Of a stretch of 64,000 nt of DNA, positions 13,101 through 24,361 are shown piece after piece. The notes under the pieces were generated by a model. That model was not told where the DNA came from. It made no database searches and saw nothing but the letters and a program-made list of their open reading frames with translations. The first letter of the stretch is position 1. Each line of letters starts with the position of its first letter. The stretch covers positions 1-64,000 of the forward strand of contig NIVC01001599.1 of assembly GCA_002269645.1 (NCBI GenBank), written 5' to 3'. This DNA is from Macrostomum lignano (Eukaryota). Position numbers and translations under genes: made by a program.

Positions 13101-16100
13101 ATCTACTGATCCCCAACCGGACACTTGCCAGATCCCAGCCAGTTCTGAATCTACTGATCCCCAACCGGACACTTCCAGATCCCAGTTCTGAATCTACTGA
13201 TCCCCAACTGGACACTTCCCAGATCCCAGTTCTGAATCTACTGATCCCCAACCGGACACTTCCCAGATCCAGTTCTGAATCTACTGATCCCCAACCGGAT
13301 ACTTCCCAAATCCAGTTCTGAATCTACTGATCCCCAACCGGACACTTCCCAGATCCCAGTTCTGAATCTACTGATCCCCAACCGGACACTTGCCAGATCC
13401 CAGCCAGTTCTGAATCTACTGATCCCCAACCGGACACTTCCCAGATCCCAGTTCTGAATCTACTGATCCCCAACCGGACACTTCCCAGATCCCAGTTCTG
13501 AATCTACTGATCCCCAACCGGACACTTCCCAGATCCCAGCCAGTTCTAAATCTACTGATCCCCAACCGGACACTTCCCAAATCCAGTTCTGAATCTACTG
13601 ATCCCCAACCGGACACTTCCCAGATCCCAGCCAGTTCTGAATCTAGTGATCCCCAACCGGACACTTCCCAGATCCCAGCCAGTTCTAAATCTACTGATCC
13701 CCAACCGGACACTTCCCAGATCCCAGTTCTGAATCTACTGATCCCCAACCGGACACTTCCCAGATCCCAGTTCTGAATCTACTGATCCCCAACCGGACAC
13801 TTCCCAGATCCCAGTTCTGAATCTACTGATCCCCAACCGGACACTTCCCAGATCCCAGCCAGATCTAAATCTACTGATCCCCAACCGGACACTTCCCAGA
13901 TCCAGTTCTGAATCTACTGATCCCCAACCGGATACTTCCCAGATCCAGTTCTGAATCTACTGATCCCCAACCGAACACTTCCCAGATCCCAGTTCTGAAT
14001 CTACTGATCCCCAACCGGACACTTCCCAGATCCCAGTTCTGAATCTACTGATCCCCAACCGGACACTTCCCAGATCCAGTTCTAAATCTACTGATCCCCA
14101 ACCGGACACTTCCCAAATCCAGTTCTGAATCTACTGATCCCCAACCGGACACTTCCCAGATCCCAGTTCTGAATCTACTGATCCCCAACCGGACACTTGC
14201 CAGATCCCAGCCAGTTCTGAATCTACTGATCCCCAACCGGACACTTCCCAGATCTTAGTTCTGAATCTACTGATCCCCAACCGGACACTTTCCAGATCCC
14301 AGCCAATTCCGAATCTACTGATCCGTAACCGGACACTTCCCAGATCCCAGCCAGATCTGAATCTACTGATCCCAAACCGGACACTTGCCAGATCCTAGCC
14401 AGTTCCGAATCTAGTGATCTCCAACCCCAAACGGACACTTCCCAAATCCAGTTCTGAATCTACTGATCCCCAACCGGACACTTCCCAGATCCAGTTCTGA
14501 ATCTACTGATCCCCAACCGGATACTTCCCAAATCCAGTTCTGAATCTACTGATCCCCAACCGGACACTTCCCAGATCCAGTTCTGAATCTACTGATCCCC
14601 AACCGGATACTTCCCAAATCCAGTTCTGAATCTACTGATCCCCAACCGGACACTTCCCAGATCCCAGTTCTGAATCTACTGATCCCCAACCGGACACTTG
14701 CCAGATCCCAGCCAGTTCTGAATCTACTGATCCCCAACCGGACACTTCCCAGATCCCAGTTCTGAATCTACTGATCCCCAACCGGACACTTTCCAGATCC
14801 CAGCCAATTCCGAATCTACTGATCCGTAACCGGACACTTCCCAGATCCCAGCCAGATCTGAATCTACTGATCCCAAACCGGACACTTGCCAGATCCTAGC
14901 CAGTTCCGAATCTAGTGATCTCCAACCCCAAACGGACACTTCCCAAATCCAGTTCTGAATCTACTGATCCCCAACCGGACACTTTCCAGATCCCACCCAG
15001 TTCTGAATCTACTGATCCCCAACCGGACACTTTCCAGATCCCACCCAGTTCTGAATCTAGTGATCCCCAACCGGACACTTCCCAGATCCCAGCCAGTTCT
15101 AAATCTACTGATCCCCAACCGGACACTTCCCAGATCCCAGTTCTGAATCTACTGATCCCCAACCGGACACTTCCCAGATCCCAGTTCTGAATCTACTGAT
15201 CCCCAACCGGACACTTCCCAGATCCAGTTCTGAATCTACTGATCCCCAACCGGATACTTCCCAGATCCAGTTCTGAATCTACTGATCCCCAACCGAACAC
15301 TTCCCAGATCCCAGTTCTGAATCTACTGATCCCCAACCGGACACTTCCCAGATCCCAGTTCTGAATCTACTGATCCCCAACCGGACACTTCCCAGATCCA
15401 GTTCTAAATCTACTGATCCCCAACCGGACACTTCCCAAATCCAGTTCTGAATCTACTGATCCCCAACCGGACACTTCCCAGATCCCAGTTCTGAATCTAC
15501 TGATCCCCAACCGGACACTTGCCAGATCCCAGCCAGTTCTGAATCTACTGATCCCCAACCGGACACTTCCCAGATCTTAGTTCTGAATCTACTGATCCCC
15601 AACCGGACACTTTCCAGATCCCAGCCAATTCCGAATCTACTGATCCGTAACCGGACACTTCCCAGATCCCAGCCAGATCTGAATCTACTGATCCCAAACC
15701 GGACACTTGCCAGATCCTAGCCAGTTCCGAATCTAGTGATCTCCAACCCCAACCGGACACTTCCCAGATCCAGTTCTGAATCTACTGATCCCCAACCGGA
15801 TACTTCCCAAATCCAGTTCTGAATCTACTGATCCCCAACCGGACACTTCCCAGATCCAGTTCTGAATCTACTGATCCCCAACCGGATACTTCCCAAATCC
15901 AGTTCTGAATCTACTGATCCCCAACCGGACACTTCCCAGATCCCAGTTCTGAATCTACTGATCCCCAACCGGACACTTGCCAGATCCCAGCCAGTTCTGA
16001 ATCTACTGATCCCCAACCGGACACTTCCCAGATCCCAGTTCTGAATCTACTGATCCCCAACCGGACACTTTCCAGATCCCAGCCAATTCCGAATCTACTG

Positions 16101-17685
16101 ATCCGTAACCGGACACTTCCCAGATCCCAGCCAGATCTGAATCTACTGATCCCAAACCGGACACTTGCTAGATCCTAGCCAGTTCCGAATCTAGTGATCT
16201 CCAACCCCAAACGGACACTTCCCAAATCCAGTTCTGAATCTACTGATCCCCAACCGGACACTTTCCAGATCCCACCCAGTTCTGAATCTACTGATCCCCA
16301 ACCGGACACTTTCCAGATCCCACCCAGTTCTGAATCTACTGATTCCCAACCGGACACTTGCCATATCCCAGCCAGTTCCGAATCTAGTGAACTCCAACCC
16401 CAACCGGACACTTCCAGATCCAGTTCTGAATCTACTGATCACCAACCGGACACTTCCCAGATCCCAGCAAATTCCGAATCTAGTGATCCCCAACCGGACA
16501 TTTCCCAAATCCAGTTCTGAATCTACTGATCCCCAACCGGACACTTCCCAGATCCCAGCCAGATCTGAATCTACTGATCCCCAACTGGACACTTCCCAGA
16601 TCCCAGCCAGATCTGAATCTACTGATCCCCAACCGGACACTTCCCAGATCCCAGCCAGATCTGAATCTACTGATCCCCAACCGGACACTACTCTGAATCT
16701 ACTGGGACAGGTCTGAGTTATCCCAATCCGATACTAAAAATCCCATTTAAGTCGCGTAGTCATGGAGACGAGCGCAGGTGAAATTCTACAGGTGCATGCG
16801 CGCCCCCATCCGTACCTACCAATCTGCAGTCAGTGGTTCGAGCGCGGCCTGGAGTCGGTGGTGGCCTGGAGCAACTCGCTGCGCTGCCTTGACGTGCTGC
16901 TGCTGCAGGACCGCATCGCACTACTCACCAAGAACTGGTTCGCCGTGCTGCTCATGGACACCCTCTCCAGGTCGCTGCCATTCGACGGCGGAATTCACTT
17001 CGCCACCAACCTGAGCCTCCGCCCTGCCGACGCTGCCCTCGCCCAGCTGCCTGCCGACTTCTTCAGCACCATCCACGGCATGTTCGAGTCGCTTGACCAG
17101 CTGCAGTTGGAGCGCAGTGAGCTGTCCATGCTGAAGCTCATGACCCTGCTGGATCACAGCATCGTGGACGATATGGAGGTCATCTGCCGGTCGGAGCCGC
17201 TGCGCAGCTCAACACTGCGCTCGCTCTATCGGGTCTGCTCGGCCAAGATTCGCGAGCCGGACGACTCGGACGCGTGCGACCTGTACGTCAGCAAACTGCT
17301 GCTCCGGCAGGGCTTCTGCGTTAACCTCAAGATGGGCCTGGAGTCCTGGCGATCGCTGGAGCCGCCTACGCCTAACCGCTGCTCCGAGCTGATCGCGGCC
17401 GGGCTCGGCATCGACTGCCCGCCACCGGTGCCGCCAGTGCCGCAGCTCAGTCCCGAGGACGACGCCACCAGCACAGACTCGTGTCCCGACCAGTTCCGCA
17501 GCCGGGTCTATTATAAAGCTATGCGGCTGGGGGCCGGCCCGCCCACGCCTGGCCAGGGGCCCACGGCCTGGTTTGTACAGCAGCCGTCTCAGCAGCAGCA
17601 GCAGCAGCAGCAGCCATTTCAGGAGGACTTTGACCAGCACCAGCTCATGGAGCAGTATCCAGCGGATGACGCCAGCTTTGACTGA
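10104..17685 (+). CDS. Nuclear receptor, ERR(NR3B)/NR5-like DBD plus LBD; exons 10104-10452, 12098-12214, 12331-12673, 16752-17685
   Basis: The spliced frame is continuous with GT-AG introns of matching phase. Two C4 zinc fingers: [85 protein letters not shown] signature [26 protein letters not shown] and [12 protein letters not shown]. Confidence 0.9.
10460..11945. repeat. Intron-1 minisatellite, 19-22-bp units (CTGTCTG(G/A)TCCCTGCTGTCTC)
   Basis: Starts about 7 nt after the GT donor at 10453. Variants are zoned, with GGTCCC units first and GATCCC units dominating later. Confidence 0.95.
12234..12312. repeat. Intron-2 minisatellite, 24-bp unit GGGATCTGGGATCAGTGTAGCATT, about 3 copies
   Basis: Fills most of the 116-bp intron 12215-12330. 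Confidence 0.9.
12712..16706. repeat. Intron-3 minisatellite, ~43-48-bp units (AGTTCTGAATCTACTGATCCCCAACCGGACACTTCCCAGATCCC[AGCC]), ~4 kb, with higher-order block repeats
   Basis: Read directly. Variant blocks (GATCCGTAAC, CCCAAACCGG, GATCTCCAACC) recur at about 14200, 14700, 15550 and 16000. Confidence 0.95.
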
Positions 17686-17732
17686 CGCTTGGCGGGGACA
17701 TTGTTGTTGCCGGACTTCAGGCAGCCAGGCAG

Positions 17733-18254
17733 GTACATGTACACGTAGACAGACAGACAGACTGGTACATGTACACGTAGACAGGCAGACAGACTGGTAC
17801 ATGTACACGTAGACAGACAGACTGGTACATGTACACGTAGACAGACAGGCAGACAGACTGGTACATGTACACGTAGACAGGCAGACAGACTGGTACATGT
17901 ACACGTAGACAGGCAGACAGACTGGTACATGTACACGTAGACAGACAGACTGGTACATGTACACGTAGACAGGCAGACAGACTGGTACATGTACACGTAG
18001 ACAGACAGACTGGTACATGTACACGTAGACAGACTGGTACATGTACACGTAGACAGACAGACAGACTGGTACATGTACACGTAGACAGACAGACAGTCAG
18101 ACTGGTACATGTACACGTAGACAGACAGACAGACTGGTACATGTACACGTAGACAGACAGACAGACTGGTACATGTACACGTAGACAGGCAGACAGACTG
18201 GTACATGTACACGTAGACAGACAGACAGACTGGTACATGTACACGTAGACAGAC
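17733..18254. repeat. 28-32-bp minisatellite (ACAGACAGACTGGTACATGTACACGTAG) just 3' of the nuclear receptor stop
   Basis: Tandem units read directly, beginning at an AG|GT. Confidence 0.95.
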
Positions 18255-18964
18255 ATTGCTGACATTTCGTTGCGTCATATACAGTTCTGACACTGAACGC
18301 GTGCACAGCAAATTTTTTATAGACGTTAATCCTTTACACGCTTTGAATTCTGTGTTGCTGTTTTTTCTTTGTTTTTGTTCGTCGCTCTTGGCTTGTGGGT
18401 AACCTTGTAAATGCTTGCTAATCATTTCGTGTTTGTACCTGTGTGGCTGTGTTGGCGTTCTTTTTATTCGTTTCATTAGCATTCTTAGCGATGTGCCATT
18501 TGTAGGACACAGATGAACAATTTATTGTTTATTAGTGGCTTCATCTTTTCACTATTTGTTTGTTTGTTGAATAAAAATATTTTCAAATTCTCATCTCTTG
18601 CCACTATTTTTAATAGCTAACACTATTTTGCACAATTTGTTCCGCTCATTTAATACGAGCGTAATATTTTATCTGCACTACTTCTAGTAGAGTTGTTCAG
18701 TCGAATTAGAGATTTTGTTGGAAAGAGTTTCAGAAATTACGAGAAAAAATTAAGAAAACTATCGAACTACTGCGAGTTTCTTGGCCATAGCGAGTGTGTG
18801 CTTCTTCTGAGAGAGTTTCTACTTTTGACTCAGTTTTTATTGATGCTCACGCTGTTCTGCGTGTCTCTGTGTAGCCTTGTACCAAATCTGTTTTTGATTT
18901 TTCTATTTTTGGTGCGCTCTCGCGTATTCTGAAACTGCGGTCTTGCTGATTGGCTGGGTATCCT

Positions 18965-20655
18965 GCCTGTCCCTCTCTTGTCTCTCCCTCCCTTGTCTGT
19001 CCTTCCCTTGTCTGTCCTTCCCTTGTCTGTCCTTCCCTTGTCTGTCCTTCCCTTGTCTGTCCTTCCCTTGTCTGTCCTTCCCTTGTCTGTCCTTCCCTTG
19101 TCTGTCCTTCCCTTGTCTGTCCTTCCCTTGTCTGTCTCCCCCTTGTCTGTCCTTCCCTTGTCTGTCCCTATCTTTTCTGTCTCTCCCTTGTCGTCTGTCC
19201 TTCCCTTGTCTGTCCCTCCCTTGTCTGTCTCCCCCTTGTCTGTCCCTCCCTTGTCTGTCCCTCCCTTGTCTGTCTCCCCCTTGTCTGTCCCTCCCTTGTC
19301 TGTCTCTCCCTTGTCGTCTGTCCTTCCCTTGTCGTCTGTCCTTCCCTTGTCTGTCTCCCCCTTGTCTGTCCCTCCCTTGTCTGTCTCTCCCTTGTCGTCT
19401 GTCCTTCCCTTGTCGTCTGTCCTTCCCTTGTCTGTCTCCCCCTTGTCTGTCCCTCCCTTGTCTGTCTCTCCCTTGTCGTCTGTCCTTCCCTTGTCTGTCT
19501 CCCCCTTGTCTGTCCCTCCCTTGTCTGTCTCTCCCTTGTCGTCTGTCCTTCCCTTGTCTGTCTCTCCCTTGTCGTCTGTCCTTCCCTTGTCTGTCTCCCC
19601 CTTGTCTGTCCCTCCCTTGTCTGTCTCTCCCTTGTCGTCTGTCCTTCCCTTGTCTGTCTCCCCCTTGTCTGTCCCTCCCTTGTCTGTCCCTCCTTGTCTG
19701 TCCCTCCCTTGTCTGTCTCCCCCTTGTCTGCCCCTCCCTTGTCTGTCCCTCCCTTGTCTGTCTCCCCCTTGTCTGTCCCTCCCTTGTCTGTCTCTCCCTT
19801 GTCGTCTGTCCTTCCCTTGTCGTCTGTCCTTCCCTTGTCTGTCTCCCCTTGTCTGTCCCTCCCTTGTCTGTCTCTCCCTTGTCGTCTGTCCTTCCCTTGT
19901 CGTCTGTCCTTCCCTTGTCTGTCTCCCCCTTGTCTGTCCCTCCCTTGTCTGTCTCTCCCTTGTCGTCTGTCCTTCCCTTGTCGTCTGTCCTTCCCTTGTC
20001 TGTCTCCCCCTTGTCTGTCCCTCCCTTGTCTGTCTCTCCCTTGTCGTCTGTCCTTCCCTTGTCTGTCTCCCCCTTGTCGTCTGTCCTTCCCTTGTCTGTC
20101 TCCCCCTTGTCTGTCCCTCCCTTGTCTGTCTCTCCCTTGTCGTCTGTCCTTCCCTTGTCTGTCTCCCCCTTGTCTGTCCCTCCCTTGTCTGTCTCTCCCT
20201 TGTCGTCTGTCCTTCCCTTGTCTGTCTCCCCCTTGTCTGTCCCTCCCTTGTCTGTCTCCCCCTTGTCTGTCCCTCCCTTGTCTGTCCCTCCTTGTCTGTC
20301 CCTCCCTTGTCTGTCTCCCCCTTGTCTGTCCCTCCCTTGTCTGTCCCCCCTTGTCTGCCCCTCCCTTGTCTGTCTCCCCCTTGTCTGTCCCTCCCTTGTC
20401 TGTCTCCCCCTTGTCTGTCCCTCCCTTGTCTGTCTCCCCCTTGTCTGCCCCTCCCTTGTCTGTCCCTCCCTTGTCTGTCCCTCCCTTATCTGTCTCCCCC
20501 TTGTCTGTCCCTCCCTTGTCTGTCTCCCCCTTGTCTGCCCCTCCCTTGTCTGTCCCTCCCTTGTCTGTCCCTATCTTTTCTGTCCCTCCCTTGTCTGTCC
20601 CTCCCTTGTCTGTCCTTCCCTTGTCTGCCCCTCCCTTGTCTGTCCCTCCCTTGTC
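18965..20655. repeat. Polypyrimidine minisatellite, 15-18-bp units (CCCTTGTC[GTC]TGTCC(T/C)T)
   Basis: Almost no A on the + strand, hence stop-free in all + frames. This explains the 570-600-aa pseudo-ORFs. Confidence 0.95.
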
Positions 20656-21071
20656 GCCATTCGCAAGCCACTGACCAGAGCTGCCATAAAAGTTCCTCGT
20701 GTCAAGCTGGATTGCCGGTTTGCTAAAATTTCCCAAATTTGACTTCTCGTTACTGTTTTGTGTTTTTGACCTGTCTGCTAAACGCCTGTCAGAATTCTGT
20801 TGCATCATATTCTATTTATTTTTTTCTTGGCGCAAATGGATTTTCGAAATTTTTTACGAGAAAATTAATTAAACTTTTTAATCTTATTTGATTGTTTGGT
20901 TTCTTTTTTAATACTACTGTTAGTAAGCGATTTGATCAGTTGCGGCATATGTAAACTATCGGCGCTTATCTGTCTGTCTATACAATGTCCTGTTTCGTTT
21001 TACATCAGATATTTGTGAAGCTTTTGCACCAAAATTAAATAAATTCTTTGGCGTGCAGAATGTTTGTTATA

Positions 21072-23307
21072 CACCATTTTACCCTCGCTTTTGAGCAGGC
21101 TCCGTTTCACTTTGGACAGTCGGAACTTCAGTTTAGAAACTTTTAGACTGGAGCCCCGAATCTACATTCACTATCGACAAACTCCGTTTCAGTATCGACA
21201 GCTAAGCTTTGTGCTGCTACACTTCTATCTATTTACATAGGCAAGTACGGAAACGCACATCCAGATCTAGGCGAAACTCCCTTTCACTTTCGACAAACGC
21301 CACTTCTCCTTAAACAGTCTATGGTCTAAGCTGCTGAAACTCCGTTTCACTTTAGTCAACCAACATTCAAGATAGACAAGGTACATTCACTTTAGACATG
21401 AACTCACACGGGAGGTGTGTAAAGGTTTATTAAGCATGTTCATGGAAATTTCCAAGGTTTAAAACTTTCATTGTAACAGAAGATGGCGTGCATGGAGGAT
21501 TTTTTATCAATAAACAGTTAGCTTGGCTGCCTAATTTAAAAGGCATTTGAGAATTCAGGACTTCCGAAAAATGTTTGTTTAACAGCGTCGTGATTAAAAC
21601 GGCAAAGCCAACAGAAGCGAAGCGATAGTTCAGCGATGGGTTCTGATTTCCATTAGCCATCAATTGGCTGAGACGCCAAGCACCGTGGCAGATACCTGAA
21701 GCAATGGCTGAGCCACCGTGCCACCTTCTCTGGAGTGATGCAGTCGGCGGTGCCGTCCACCTCACGAGCTGCTGCTCGGTCGGCCTGATGAAGGAATCTT
21801 GGATCGCCGACAGTCGACGCTTCAGAGCCGCCTTCCAGCATGATATCGCGTTCTCAACTGGGGTGAGAAATGGGCTGTAGGGTGGCAGTCGTCTCACTTC
21901 CACAGCGTCTTCGACCTCGTAGCTTTCGGTGTCATTGTGGCTGCTGACGTTGTCTATGACAACACTGATGCTGCTGTCCGGAAACACGCTGTGGAAGTTG
22001 GCGATTGTGATTGTGAGAAACTCGCCGAATCTCTCCTTTGTCATGCCGCTGTCGTATGACTGGAAGTGCACGATTCCAGCAGCCGGGCTTACTACCAGGC
22101 AGACGGTGATGCGCTGTCCCTTCTGTCCAGAAACCTGTTGGTACACGCGCTGTCCACGAAGAGATCGTCCATAGGATCGCCGCATCCATGTGTTGAAGCC
22201 AAACTCGTCAATAAAGATCTTCTCTGTGTCAGATGCTTCGGGCGAGCACATCCACTGAGCAAATTGCTCACGAGCGGCTACAACCCTTGGCGAGTTGCGC
22301 TCAGCTGGAAGATCTCGTGCCAGCTTCGTTGTGAACAGTGCACCGTCGAGTTTTATGCTCAGTGTCTTTTCTGAGACATGCTGCTTCTCAGGAAAAGCTT
22401 GTCTGAGCATGGTGTTCATCTCTTTCAGAGTCAGCAATGGATTCTGCTCCACGATTGCGCACAAATATTCTTGCATCTCACCATCCCACTTCACGTTCTT
22501 GGCTCCGCCGCACGAAAGCTTCTCCACTCGTCCACTCCTCACAATGGAATATGCGGTCGTTCTCTTGATGCCAAGTTGAGAGGCCAGTAGGATAAAATCT
22601 TCGCCCTTCTGGTAAGCGGAGAGAAGTCGCTGCCTGTCATGGTTGCTCACTGGCTGTCGCTGTTGCGCTGGAGCCTGCTCTTCAAAGTTGCTTTCACTTT
22701 CGTCTTCGTAACCAGGCTCCTCTTCTAGGTACGAATCTTCACTGTCCTCCATATTTTTCAGGGCTTGCTTTAGCGAATATATTTAGCGAATAGGCTTCAG
22801 TGTTTGGAGCGAAGGGAGAGTAGGCTGAGACTTTGGTTCGGAAGTTCGGAAGGTCTGGCCGGCGACCCTGCCACCCCACACTGTTCAAAGGGGCGAAAAA
22901 GGTGTCTTAAAAGGTATCTATGGTCAAAACCCCTCTTTCAGCCAACACTTAGGCGTAAACAAATGACGCATCTAATAATCTGTCTAAAGTGAATGTATCT
23001 TGTCTATCTTGAATGTTGGTTGACTAAAGGGAAACGGAGTTTCAGCAGCTTAGACCATAGACTGTTTAAGGAGAAGTGGCGTTTGTCGAAAGTGAAAGGG
23101 AGTTTCGCCTAGATCTGGATGTGCGTTTCCGTACTTGCCTATGTAAATAGATAGAAGTGTAGCAGCACAAAGCTTAGCTGTCGATACTGAAACGGAGTTT
23201 GTCGATAGTGAATGTAGATTCGGGGCTCCAGTCTAAAAGTGTCTAAACTGAAGTTCCGACTGTCTAAAGTGAAACGGAATTTGTTCGGGGGTGAGGGTAA
23301 AATGGTG
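21072..23307 (-). mobile_element. IS630/Tc1-mariner superfamily DNA transposon with ~327-bp TIRs and TA target duplication
   Basis: TA|CACCATTTTACCCTC ... GAGGGTAAAATGGTG|TA. The inner arms 21101-21398 and 22981-23278 are reverse complements with only a few mismatches. A transposase ORF lies between them. Confidence 0.92.
21653..22752 (-). CDS. DDE transposase (IS630-like, DD32E), frameshifted near 21765
   Basis: N-terminal HTH-like region (LGIKRTTAYSIV), IFIDEFG, VVIDNVSSH and LPPYSPFLTPVEN. The natural-looking C-terminus ITPEKVARWLSHCFRYLPRCLASQPIDG* is in another frame, ending at 21653. Confidence 0.85.
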
Positions 23308-23374
23308 TATTAATTTGTTACTATCTCACTTTGTTTATGCTTTGATTGGTTTCAATGCCATGTGTGCTACTCTA

Positions 23375-23755
23375 CCCTCTTCTCTCCCTCCCCTCTCCCC
23401 TCTCTTCTCTCCCCTCTGCCCTCTCTTCTCTCCCTCCCCTCTACCCTCTCTTCTTTCCCTCCCCTCTACCCTCTCTTCTCTCCCCTCTGCCCTCTTTTCT
23501 CTCCCTCCCCTCTACCCTCTTCTCTCCTCTGCCCTCTCTTCTCTCCCCTCTACTCTCTCTTCTCTCCATCCCCTCTACCCTCTTCTCTCCCTCCCCTCTG
23601 CCCTCTCTCCTCTCACCTTCTGCCCTCTTCTCTCCCTCCCCTCTGCTCTCTTCTCTCCCTCCCCTCTATCCTCTTCTCTCCCTCCCCTCTGCCCTCTCTT
23701 CTCTCCCCTTCTTACCTCTTTAACCCCTCCACCCTCTACCCTCTTCCCTCTCTAC
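23375..23755. repeat. C/T-rich low-complexity minisatellite (CTCTCTTCTCTCCCTCCCCTCT(A/G)CC)
   Basis: Read directly. Confidence 0.9.
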
Positions 23756-23857
23756 CCATTCACCTACAAGTAGAACACTGTGCACTCTACTAAGTAAGTA
23801 GTATAAGCGGAGCTATTGCGCCTTAAAGAATGAACGCTACCGACGCGCCGCTCAAAC

Positions 23858-24361
23858 TTGATGCCGCTGCTTCAGCAAGACGCATCGGAGAGTCCTGCCG
23901 CGGACCTGCTGACCGCCATTGCCGCCGTGCGGGTGAGCTCGGTGCTGAACAGGAACAACTCCGAGTTCGGCAAGCGGCACCTCACCGATCGCAATCCCGA
24001 GACCTGCTGGAACTCCGATCAGGGCGCCGGGCAGTGGATTGAGCTGGCCCTGGCCCGGCCCTCCCGGCTGCTCAGCCTGCAGCTGCAGTTTCAGGGCGGC
24101 TTCTCCGCCACCCGCTGCCTGGTGGCCGCTCTTCCAGGCGATGGCGAGCCTCAACTGCTGGCGGACGCCCGCCTCTCCGACTCCAGCCAGTTGCAGTCGC
24201 TGAACTTGGCGCCGGGCGCGCCGCCCGTGCGCGACCGGATTCGACTCACTTTCTTAGAAACTGCCGATCCTTTTGGCCGGGTGACAGTCTACCAGCTGGG
24301 GGCACCGTGCTCCCGTGCTGACTCACACGCCTTAGCTAATGATCCCAAATCCCTTAGCTAA
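23858..24361 (+). CDS. NR2C2AP: Nuclear receptor 2C2-associated protein (TRA16)-like, F5/8-type fold; 3' end uncertain
   Basis: RVSSVLNRNNSEFGKRHLTD...TCWNSDQG...QFQGGFS...DPFGRVTVYQL matches the NR2C2AP motifs I recall (RVSSVLNR, FGKKHL, CWNSDQG, FQGGF, FGRV). The ORF runs into the adjacent satellite before stopping. Confidence 0.85.
   Translation: MMPLLQQDASESPAADLLTAIAAVRVSSVLNRNNSEFGKRHLTDRNPETCWNSDQGAGQWIELALARPSRLLSLQLQFQGGFSATRCLVAALPGDGEPQLLADARLSDSSQLQSLNLAPGAPPVRDRIRLTFLETADPFGRVTVYQLGAPCSRADSHALANDPKSLS

Noticed and set aside
12610-16716. Many [15 protein letters not shown] / GISRFRTG repeat ORFs
   Set aside because: Intron-3 minisatellite. Unit-length variation breaks the frames repeatedly.
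18943-20808. 546-599-aa ORFs in several frames (Cys/Leu/Pro/Ser or Gly/Arg/Asp repeats)
   Set aside because: Artefact of an A-free pyrimidine minisatellite. All + frames are open, with no splice or codon evidence for a protein.
23858-24300. Functional linkage between NR2C2AP and the nearby nuclear receptor
   Set aside because: The receptor is not TR2/TR4-like (NR2C) by its P-box or CTE, and a transposon and repeats separate the genes. Adjacency alone is not evidence.
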